Assembly: GCA_023213395.1 (NCBI GenBank)
Contig: CM041465.1
Coordinates: 170,817,741 to 170,881,740 of the forward strand
Source of the DNA: Cycas panzhihuaensis
Taxonomy: Eukaryota > Plantae > Cycadophyta
Reading direction: 5' to 3'
Length of the DNA stretch: 64,000 nucleotides
How positions within the stretch are numbered: position 1 is the first letter of the stretch; each line of letters opens with the position of its first letter. This document shows positions 27,229-38,505 of this stretch, piece by piece. The translations under genes were made by a program, and so were the position numbers. The notes below the pieces were generated by a model. That model saw only the letters and a program-made list of their open reading frames with translations. It was not told where the DNA came from and ran no database searches.

Positions 27229-28482
27229 TTCCTATAGTGAGTTAGACTGCGCTGACAAGGTCTGAGTTCAGGCAGAAGAGGAAATTCTTGTTCAAAATAT
27301 GAGGTGATTTGTGGTCTGAACCTAGAAGTGGAATATATATACCAGAGTATCCTACCAACCAGTAGACAAGGTGTGCTTAGTCTTATAGGCTTGTCAATAA
27401 ATTGTAGAAGTTTGGGGTAGGTAGCTTCGTGGTACTAACAACTAACCACTATACTACAAGACTTCAGTGGTTAATAGTTGCCTATGCTAGGAAGGAATTG
27501 GGACCTAAATAAATTCTCCTATATACTCGAAGGTATGTAGAGGTGTACTTCCATAGCCAAGTTCTGTCTAGGGCTTAGTTCAGAAGTGTTATTTCTAACC
27601 CTTCATATAGAGGGCAGAAGAGCCATGATGTGCTTAGCTAGAATGATAGATCCCTGTGATATTTAAAGACCCCCAGTATAGGATCTCTACTTAACTACTT
27701 GGGTAGCTGCCCAACCAAGTTATCTACCTAGGAAAGGAGGTGGGAGGGAGAAAGGGTAGTCGCCCAACAAAGTTATCTACCCTTGAGATATAATTCAATA
27801 CAAAAATTGAAATACATAAATGAAATTAAAACTAGATGAAAAATAAAAGGATAAAGTACTGACCTTACTTGGGGGAAAAAAATTCCCCTTTTTCTCCTAA
27901 CTCTTAGACTATCTTGGTACTGCTCCTTAATCTCCATGGAGAGAGTACTAAGGAAAGGTATTTCCTCGATCTCTACCAGGGTAGAGAGAGTACTTGATCT
28001 ATCAAGAAAAAAAATTCTGATTTCCCAAGTAGCTTCCCACGATTACAACACAGCTCTGATACCACTTGGGACATTTCTTCTCACAAGTGCTCCTTGAGAT
28101 AGTAGAAAAATGATAATCACAATCGCTTTGTTCTATCTAATAGGGCAAACACATTAACAGATAACTTTATAAGAACACAAGAGTGCCAAATGATCACCAA
28201 AATAGAGAGTACCACATCATAATATTTATAAAAAGGTACATAAAGATAACCATCATTTACAATTTATGACCCTTATATAGACAAAAGAGGGTCTTTTGCA
28301 TGTAATCCTATTAGTGGCCTAAGCAGCCTTACATTCTATTGGACGACATAGCGGTCTTACATACCATTGGCCAGCTTATTGGCTCATGCACGAAGTTCTA
28401 TAATTAACCTTATCTCTTGACCTGTTGATAGCTCTCTATATAATAGTGTTTTACATAACTTAGTAAGATGAGTTATGTAACA
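22775..28482 (-). mobile_element. Degenerate Ty3/gypsy element C lacking its 3' end; 5' LTR 28067-28482
   Basis: PBS rc gctctgatacca 28053-28064, gag ATG 26752, RT FFNDILIYS ~24480, RNase H ORF PNFNRPFQLECDASGFGLGAVLMQ, integrase up to 22775. The leader is homologous to 38620-39240. Confidence 0.88.
27197..27226. repeat. (TC)n microsatellite
   Basis: Direct read. Confidence 0.9.
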
Positions 28483-29925
28483 CTGTATCTATATAAAATA
28501 ATAACCATCTACTAAAATACATGGATAACTAGCATTTGTAATTACTAGTTCTCTAGGTAATTATTTTAGATATATGGTTCATCAAGTTTTAAAATGTTTG
28601 TTACAAAAGTAACATAATCTCGCCTCTTGAGTATGAGTTAAAACAACATAATCTACTATGTTGTATAAGAGTAGCTTGTGCAACCTTTATTTCATTATTG
28701 AAAACAAGATTCCTTTGTGTGCTTCTTCACTTGTATACTTCTGTAACTTTCTTTTAACAACTACTACTCACTCATCATCAAACAAGTATCCGATATATAC
28801 TAACTCTAAGAATAAGCTAAATTACTTGGCCAAGATAAGTTAAACGTAACAAGGTAATGCAATCAATATGTTTCCATGTCTCTTATCATACATGGCTAGT
28901 CATATTTCTCACTTACAAATATTTTCTTCTATTAGTTGGACAACTTTAATAACTAATTATTAGTTGGGTAATATTAACAACTAATTATTATGCTAATTAT
29001 ATAATCATATGAAAATTTTCTCCTTGTCTTATAAATAGGTGGAATTCTCTTAATCAACTCCTTATCTCTCCATCAATAATCAAAGAGCCCCTTTATCAAA
29101 TCAGGTGGTATTATCAATCATTAAACATGTATCCATCAAACATCAAGCATTTAAAAAGTTGTATAAACTAGGTGATCTATTCATTTATTTAGTGTTATAT
29201 ACTTGCACTAAACCAAATCTATAAATTTCAAGGGGAATTTACATGTTTAACATATTAATAAATTTCTATATTAATAACTCAATAAATATATCCCACTTTA
29301 TATATATTTTAATCTATCATGAGCCCTCAAATATCATAAATGAGCCTTAAATTTTTCACTTTTAAATAAAACTTCCTTTTACTTTCGTCATCATGTTGAG
29401 AGTCTTTGAAAACATTAAAATATCTTTTTTTTTTTCTAAAAACGTTTATAAAATACATCTTTTATGAGGTTTAAAGAACTTTATTCAAATTTATCTTTTA
29501 ATATCTCTATCATTTGCTATCTGAAATATGTTATACAACCACTCGTTTTGACAGCCTCAAAGTCTTCTTTTCAATGTAACTGACAATGCTTGATTTTGAT
29601 ATTTTAATGAAAAGTTATGATAAATAATGCATCACTATATCTCTAAATTCACACGATCCTTAAGAAAATTAATTTTTAAAATTTAAAATAAATTTAATTT
29701 AATTTATAATTTTAAAATTTATAAAAAATATTAAATTTGATTTATTCAGATTTAAAGTCTACCTCTTTCATGAATAAGTTCTTAATCACATGACTCCTCT
29801 ATGTGACCACCTACTAACTCATTAAGGGTCTACAAACTTTTAAAAAAATTATTAAAATTAATTAAATCCAAAATTTAGGTTTTTATGCTTTAAAGAATTA
29901 GTGTAGAAAATTTGTCTACATTTAT
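28483..29925. repeat. Downstream duplicated block, homologous to 62540-64000
   Basis: Colinear throughout, for example atgttgtataagagtagctt in both; about 85% identity by eye. Confidence 0.9.
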
Positions 29926-29949
29926 CGATCTATATGAATGGTTGGTAGC

Positions 29950-30165
29950 ATCATCTCCATTAGATGGTTATGATCCAACTAATTGATTGTACTATCCATG
30001 GCTTTCTTGATGTTCTCCTTCTCCACTAGATCTAACTTTCTAGCGATCTTCTTGTCTCAGGCAATGTTGTTCATGTTGTAGGCATAATTCTTAAGTAAAT
30101 TCTTAGCATTGACCTTCTTCTTGACCTCTTCATCCTCAGGCTTATACCTCTCAATGTCTTGCATG
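29950..30165 (-). pseudogene. HSP70: HSP70 gene fragment (C-terminal helical lid region)
   Basis: [66 protein letters not shown] matches the cytosolic HSP70 consensus AEKYK.EDEE.KKKVEAKN.LENYAYNMRN...D.KI..KL. Confidence 0.85.
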
Positions 30166-31801
30166 GTCTGGCTTTCTCCACTTGTATTTTTCATATGAAT
30201 TTCTAGCATGTTTCTTATAACTATTTTAGCAGATTCTTTGTTGGTGTGGGTGTGGACAACCATTGTTGGACCATTATTTCTTCATCTTCATTTAGAATTT
30301 GATTTGTTCAATTATTCAAGAAATCCTTTAGATTCATTCATAGTAGGTCAATGGTATGTTTCATGCTTATTCTGCACTTCTCCTACATGGGTATTATATC
30401 AACCAAAAGGATCATCACTTGTTGTGGAATAAAATCATAAGAGAAATAACTTATTTCTTTCTCTTCATGCATGATTCATATGGTATCCATGATAGTTTGT
30501 ATGTATTTCCATGGAGGTAACCTTTTTAATTGGTTGTTATTTTCTATTACTTTGGTTGTGATTTGTATTTGATGGAAGGTTGTTTTACATGGACATGAAT
30601 AAATTTACTAGATCAACACATAATTGATGGGTGTAGATCTTAATAATATAATTATTATAAACTACATATTTTCCATGGCTATAGATTAGTTTCAATGGTT
30701 CAAGGATAGTTGATTAAATGTAAATAAAAAACATAGCAGGGTTTGTAACTTCATACAAACATATCATACCATGAATAATAGATGGTGAATAAATCTCTTC
30801 AAATACATGGGGTTGTTTATGCCCTCATATTTTTATTTTATATGTCATAATAAAATCATACCATTTATTCAACTACTAAAGTATGCCCTTAAATAATAAC
30901 ACTCTCATAATATAACCATTCAAGTGTAAAAACTCTTATAATTTACTCGCATATATGTAATTATCATCACTTGCCTTCATAATTTAATCAAATGCACACA
31001 CCATCTAATCAATATGCTACATACCTTCTTACTTTACATTATCATACCACATACCTTTTTATTATTAAATATGCCACCAACCTAGTTTAATTTTTGTCAC
31101 AAATACATATCTTATACCTATTAATATGTTGCTCATCATACAAGACATGCCTGCTACCTATTTCCTATTTCACTGATGGGATACTAGCTTCATTATAGTA
31201 TTGAATCTCTATTATGAGACACTAAAAAATGTCTCTATAATGGTTCAAATGTGATAATGAATCCTCAAATAGAACTCTTATAAGTGCCTTCACAAATGAA
31301 TTGATAAATTATCTTGTCATTGCTAATTATGAGATTAGGTGAGATGGTTGGTTTTACAAAACCTCAATCACCTTATAAGGGGTGAACCTATTTTGGTAAA
31401 GTAATTAATAATAGTTTCTTGTCTCTTCACATCATTGGAAGACTCAATTTTATACCTGCATGTTCTTAAGAATATACATATAACATGCTAAAATAAATAT
31501 CCATAATAATTAAATAACATTACCTATTAGTTTTTTATTTTATCTCATGGCCTCATCTTAGTATGTAGTTTTATTCATTTATTTCTTCAACTTCATCTAA
31601 CCCTTGGATCATGGTCACATGTCACTAGCATTACTAACATATTTAGATTTTTGACTCAATAAATTCACATCTTATAACTAGCTCTTTCACTAGTATATAC
31701 TAGCTTATATATGCTTTCTTCCTACTATAGAAGATTTTTTAATTCACTATGGCTTTGATAAGAGTGCAACCTATCTTCCTAGGATCTTTTAAATTAAGAT
31801 G

Positions 31802-32333
31802 GCTCAGATACCATATTAAAATTTATAATTCTAACTTTGATACCATATCAAAATTTAGAGTATAATGTAATGGAATATATCATATATATACAGTGGCTAA
31901 ATTATCACATGAGAATATGCATACATATAAAGAATAAACATGATTATAAAGTACTAAAATAGAAATATGTATTAATAAGAATCACAAGTATTCATCTAAA
32001 GAGAGATAACAAATTTATACATGAAAAACTCAATGTGGGAAAAACCATGGGAGAAAGTAGAGTTGGAGCTCCTCTTTATGATTAGAATGAATACATCTCT
32101 AGGTCATAGACCTTTCTCTCAAGTTCTCAAGCTGTGTGTATATATATTTATATCAATATTTACTTCACAAATAGCCTATAGCTTCTCTTGAGTTGTTATG
32201 TCATCCAATAACATATTTATATAGATATATATGCATGTCACATAACTCAATATATGTGATTAGTAGGATTACATATGTGTCTATCATTATAACATTAAAC
32301 ATTACATATGTGATAATATCATATATTCTAATA
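31802..32333 (-). mobile_element. LTR relic (31846-32333) with doubled tRNA-Met PBS
   Basis: PBS rc at 31802-31813 and 31835-31845; LTR homologous to 61671-62142. Confidence 0.7.
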
Positions 32334-32992
32334 ACCACACCAAGTCCAAGTTATAAATCTTTTCATTTCATCTTCCTTTCATACAACAATTATAGGATTT
32401 TCATTCAAACCTAGGATGATCTAAAACCACACCAATCAAATCACTTCATTGGCAGATCATATAGCATTGTTACATAAGCTTGCTTAAAACCAAATTATAA
32501 AAATTTATGTAGTAACCATGCACCAAATTGAGGGCCCACTTGTTTGGCACACAACTACTAATACTTCTTCAAATGTTAGTCATAACTTAAACTAGGTTCT
32601 ATAACCTTCAAGAAACCCACAAGCATGAAATTGGGTTTCTCTTCTTCATTGAAACACCCATAAAAAAAAATACAATTATTGTATTTATAAGATACTACTA
32701 TTCATAATTTTGTATTTCATCTTGATCCATAATATATAATAAATGAAAACAAAAAAAATCTAACAATTAACATTATAGACAAAAGAATAAGCATATGATT
32801 TTATATAAACAAAAATACTATAACATCTAGTATTATCACCTTTTAAATATAAAATAATATAACTAGTACTAAATAAGGTAAGAATATATATTTCCTTATA
32901 TCTAAATGGTGATAAATCTAATGTCCTTTATGATTAGACAAACCTACAATATTCATCTTAATGAGTTTAGACTTGTTCTCGTTCCAATATCA

Positions 32993-33391
32993 TGTTAGAA
33001 AATTTGGTTTGATATTATATGAGATAAATATTAAACATATAAGAGAAGGATAAAATACAAAATATTGTATTCAAATAATCTAATGATTTAGCGATTATAT
33101 TCAATATAAGAATGTACACATATATAGAGAGGTATACCTCATAGAGGACCTGTGAGAATTAGTGATAAGTACATGAAGATTTATGAGATTTAATCATACA
33201 TATTAGGAATTCTTATATATTAAAAGTGTTCAACTATTCACTCACTCACAAGAATTATTTATGTGTACTTATATTTGAGTTTATGTATAATAATTTAGAG
33301 TACATTATAGTACATCACCAAATGATTAATACATCATTAAGTGGTTGTAATGACCACTCATATAATCCATGTGTTAAACATTATCTTCAAT
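32993..33391. repeat. Degenerate LTR-like repeat, same family as 51287-51630
   Basis: Shared gtatacctcat, atttagagt and aatgaccactca.ataatccatgt; starts tgtta; no TSD seen. Confidence 0.55.
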
Positions 33392-33897
33392 AAGTATGTA
33401 ACTATGGAAGGCAATTACTTTGATAATGAACCTTTATTAGATACTTACAAGTGCCATGTAAAATCATGCTTATACAAATTAAAAGGCACAAAATTTGATA
33501 ACTTATTATCACACCATAAAATAATTTAAACATTTATGTAAAATTTTTTAAATTAATAATGGACTATATTAGGAACTCTTAACCTCATCTCCACCAACAT
33601 ATTACTCTTATTTATTGAAACCATTGTAAACAATATAATAATTATGATATACTAGAAAATATATATCTTAATTAATTAGATAATATACGTTTTTATATAT
33701 TTGCAAGTATTTTAGAAGATGAATTTATGTTTGACACTATGTAGCATAATAAATAGAATTCTTTTTAAATAAAAGACATAGAAGATAAATACTTAAGATA
33801 ACTAAGTTCAAAATTAAACAGTGGAAAAGAATTATATAGGTCTTATAAGTTCCTCCTTATTTATCAAGTCCCCTAATGTTGTTTATCTATTCAAGAA

Positions 33898-34058
33898 CTA
33901 TATCTATATATATATATATATATCTATATGTATGTATGTATGTATGTATGTATATGCGTGTGTATCTATATCTATATCTATCTATCTATCTATATATGTG
34001 TGTGTGTGTGTGTGTGTGCGTGTGTGTATATGTATGTATGTATATATATGTGTGTATA
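33898..34058. repeat. Compound microsatellite (TA)/(TATG)/(TATC)/(TG)
   Basis: Direct read. Confidence 0.95.
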
Positions 34059-34059
34059 T

Positions 34060-34501
34060 TGTTAGAAATATTATGTATCCTAATGTTATCTTTTTAACTA
34101 TTGAATAATGGATGTATTTAATTAAAAGTTAAAAGGTTATTACAAAAAGTTTAGTGAAATAGACAATCGTCTATTTTAATGAATCTTTCTCCTATAATTA
34201 TTCTAGAATCTTTCAAGCATGGGTGGCTTGGAAGATTTGGGAGGCTTACTGGAATGGTTATATAGGTAGAAGAGATTGACTGGAACTATAGAGAGAGGAT
34301 GAGATTCTTATCACCATTATTCTTTCATATATCTTCTTTATTATTATAAAACTATTATATTTAGAGGTGTTTTTTTCTCCCCTAAAGGGGTTTTCCACTT
34401 GCCATAGCTAGTATATCTCATTTGGTTGGATTTACTGTTAATATTATATGATCATGCCTATGTTTATGAATTGATACCCTCTGTCCAAAATGGTATCAAA
34501 G
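34060..34501 (+). mobile_element. 5' LTR relic plus PBS of a truncated LTR element
   Basis: Starts tgttagaaat, contains ggggttttccac, followed by tggtatcaaag at 34491. Confidence 0.55.
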
Positions 34502-36330
34502 TAGGTTTCTAAAACATTTTTTTTGAAGCAAGTATTTGGACCAGGACTAAGAATTTATTTAAAGGATAAAAATGGGGTTGTTTTTAACATAAAAATTCAT
34601 ATTTTCATAGTGGAAAAAGATCTAAAAATAGTCTCTGAGAGTTGTCAATGTAGAGACAATATGGTTTGGCATCATCTTCCATGAGCCTTAGTATGATGTT
34701 AAGTTGTCCAACATAGAACTCCCCATGCAATAACACATGAATGCCCATTTGTATACAATTGCTCATGGTCTTGGGTAAATTATATGAATTCAAACTTATT
34801 TTTTCATCTATAAATGTGTAATTACTCCTTAAACTATATATATATATATATATAATCTAAAAAGGGAACTCTTTCTTCCTTCATTCTGCCCCATTGAAAG
34901 ACCATGATTGTGTTGTATAAAACACTACCACAGATCATAAATGGCCACATCTGAAAGACCAAAGATGAAGTTGTATTAAAGATGTTTTATTTGGCAAACA
35001 CCATATATATAAATGAAGACACTAAGATGCTCTACTAAATACATGATGGAGAAAAGCTCTGTTAACATGTAGAAGATATAAAGATGCCACATCACCTAAT
35101 TTCTACTAAAGAAAATTAGAAAGCCACAAATGAGAGGTAGCCATTGTAGCCAATATTCCAAATTCACGACCGTCTCCATTGTAACTAACCTATTCTCAAG
35201 AAATTTTTCTACATGTAGAGCTTAAAATGATGATTCCAAATAAAGATTCCCCAATAAGTGATTATAAGTACTTATAAATAATTTATGTTAAATAATAATA
35301 TGAACAATTCTAAGATAAATATGAAGAACAATGTGTAGTATTTTTAACTATTAAAATATATTATGAATATGTGATATCTAAGTGTTAATAATGATATGGA
35401 AAGTGATTATATCATATATTTTATTATTTATGAATGATGGCACAAATGCTAAAAGATAAATGTAAATAATTATAAATGAATATAAATAAGCAATGCATAA
35501 TAAATTTAGACCGTTGTGATATATTATGAATGTATTATATATATGAGAAAAAAACATTTTTTAATAAGTCACGTATAAAAAGTATGAAGAAAGGGGCAGC
35601 AAATAGAATAAAGAAAAGTGATTTTCAGAAATGATATACCAGATTATTAAGGTGACTATGTATAAAACAATATGTATAATATAATATGTCGATTGAATAT
35701 AAGTAATGATACTGGTATTGTTAAGGCTATCATAATATTATTCCATATATTATTTATACACACTATAAATGGGCTAGATGGACCTAACAAGACTGAACGC
35801 TAATGATTTATTTACTGAACAATGGATCGCGTGAAGAACTGAACAACCCAAGAGGATAGCCTAGAAGATGGCCGCTGAAATGATGGCAAATAGCATACTA
35901 TGATGATGAGTGACAAATTTTGGCTATGTATCACAAGTAAATATCTAGCTAAGTGGTGGATAATAAGAATTTTATATAGGTTATTATTTATAATGGTCAC
36001 TGATATATTAATATAAATGTGTAAATAAGCATTAAAGTTATCAGTATTATATAATATTTTATACAATATTATATGAATGGAGTAATATAGTTGATAATTA
36101 TAAGTGCCCTCCTATACTTTTATATGGTTACATGCTATGAATATATATGGCATACAACATTATTGGTTTATGCCTCTAGCAACAATGACACTGTAAGCTC
36201 TTACAGAAGACTTGATCATAATTTTTTTATTTTATTTGTAGTACCAAGCTCTTGTATTAGTTAAATTCAATTGTAAGTGTTTGGCACTAAGGTGTGATGT
36301 TAAATAAGATGTTATCACATTGTTGAAGTG

Positions 36331-36365
<35 letters not shown>

Positions 36366-36389
36366 GTTTATAGCACTATCAGAATTTGG

Positions 36390-36635
36390 GCTCTGATACC
36401 ACTTGAGGTGACCCAACCTATTCACGCTCATAAATAGGAGGCAAGGTTGGTCAAGATTGAATATACCTAAAGGATAATTGATTAATAATTAATAAATGAT
36501 GAATGATGTTTGATATTACATTGACCCAATATATTTATAATCTATCTATGGAAGGTTGTGTCTATTTACAAATAGACATGACCCTTCACTTAATCTAATT
36601 ATAATTATTTATTCTTAAATATACCATTTAGGCTC
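36390..36635 (-). mobile_element. PBS and LTR of an older chromovirus-like element; its leader probably extends left to ~34850
   Basis: gctctgatacca 36390-36401; LTR from 36404 shares ttacatt..gaccaat and ggaaggtt.tgtc with the 249-bp LTRs. Confidence 0.55.
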
Positions 36636-38505
36636 CATGGAATTTGAATACAAAGTAATTATTCATGTCAACACTACAATAATTTGGCTATGCAAGATTC
36701 TTGTAGAGCTTGGACTTCATTAGACTCAAGCCACCACTCTCTTTTGTAACAATCAAAGTGTTTTGAAGATGACTAAGAATCTTGTCTTCCATATGATAAC
36801 CGAACACATAGAAGTCAATCATTACTTCATCTATAAGCATATGCAAAATAGAGAAGTTGACTTAGTATACTAACTGACTAAGGACCAAGTGATAGATATC
36901 TTCACTAAAACACTTGGGAGACCAAAGTTCAAAAGGTTTTGGCATAACCTCGACGTCAAAACAAATAGAGTTGTCATTGAGGGAGGTGTTAAAACATTTA
37001 ACAACACCTCATTTATAATTATATTTTTATGCATCTTATATCATTGATGTGCCATGATGTAATTCAAATGTAATATAATATTATCTCAGATCTATCCCCT
37101 TACTAAAAAATACGCCAGTAATATTTTTCCATTATATCAACCACTAAGATTTATTTGTAAGGCATATCTTCATCTCTAAATTATACCTGAACACCCTCAT
37201 TTATACATTAAATTATTATATATACAGAAGCTCTATCAGAATATAGATTGACAGTGTAATTAGTTTACCCATCGTAGTTCTTTATTATCAATTTGCTTTG
37301 TTCTGTTGTCTATTGTATATTATTTTTATTGTTCCCTCTTTTATATCTTTTATATTTGTATACGCATATGTTATCTTGATCTCGTTTATGAATTTTACAT
37401 AGAGGTCCTCAATAGAACTTTAGAGATATATCTGTTGTTTTTCCTCAGAACACCAAAATTAATAAAGTTATTGATTAGCTTTAGTAGAATATTAGTATAA
37501 TTTCTTACACCACTCTACAATTAGCATGCCCTCCTTCATGGCCCTATATAGTTACTCCCTACATTCCCGTTAAACATTGACCACTAACTTGCATACAACC
37601 TTAATATAATAGAAATTGTAAAATATGGGTAAAATCCTAAACACCCTCAAACAAAACTTAGCAATGGATCAGAGTCATATGAAGTAACGTGATGACTGCC
37701 ACTGCTCTGATTGAATCTTTTCTATTGGTGATATGGTCTTTATTCACCTCCAACTATATAAATAACAATCACTCTACTATAATAGAAACCATAAACTTAA
37801 TCCTTAATACTATGGTTCTTATAAGGTTAGCCTACACATTGGTAAAGTTTCTTATGCCCTTGAACTCCCTTTTAATACTAAGATCTATAATGTCTTCCAC
37901 GTGTTATGCCTGAAAACACTCCTTGGAAAGTATATTATATCATAGACCACTCTCCTAAACCTTGTTAAAGAGTAACTCTTAACTATTCCCCCAGACTATA
38001 TTTTGGACACTAAACACCTCCATCTTTAAAATAGGATTGTTTCAAACATTCAGTGTAATTGACTGGCAACATACCTAAAGAAGTGACATGGAATTTGGAT
38101 AAATTCATCAAGAAGCATCCACATTACGTTATGGGGACTCAATGTCTCAGGGTAGGGGACATGTTATATAACGACTAGTTATTGGCAAAACTCTTGTCAA
38201 TGTACTCCTTGTTAGTAAGAAGCAGATGTTAATTTTGACCATTAAAATGTGTGTATGGGCTGCTAAAGGCCACTAATAGAAATAAAGCCTGAATACCTTT
38301 CCAATATGATTCATTGACTAAACAACCATTTTACCTATTTAAGGCCCTATGGATGTAAAAGAAGGTTAGTTTAGAATATGAAATTGCTACCGCCTATTTG
38401 GTACATTTTTTTGGTATTCGTTTTAATGTTCATTTGTGCTCTTTCTATGTTTTATTCTTATATTTTATGTTTAGGTGCAAAGAAATACTAGGAGGAACCA
38501 TATTA
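36633..38505 (+). mobile_element. Duplicate of ~16068-17897: copia 1 RNase H end, 3' LTR (36987-37399), gypsy A 3' part and LTR
   Basis: Same copia/gypsy junction: ttttaca + 5 nt + gtcctcaatagaactttagag. Confidence 0.9.

Noticed and set aside
33821-34108. YI/CV-rich ORFs, also 61151-61372
   Set aside because: Translations of microsatellites.
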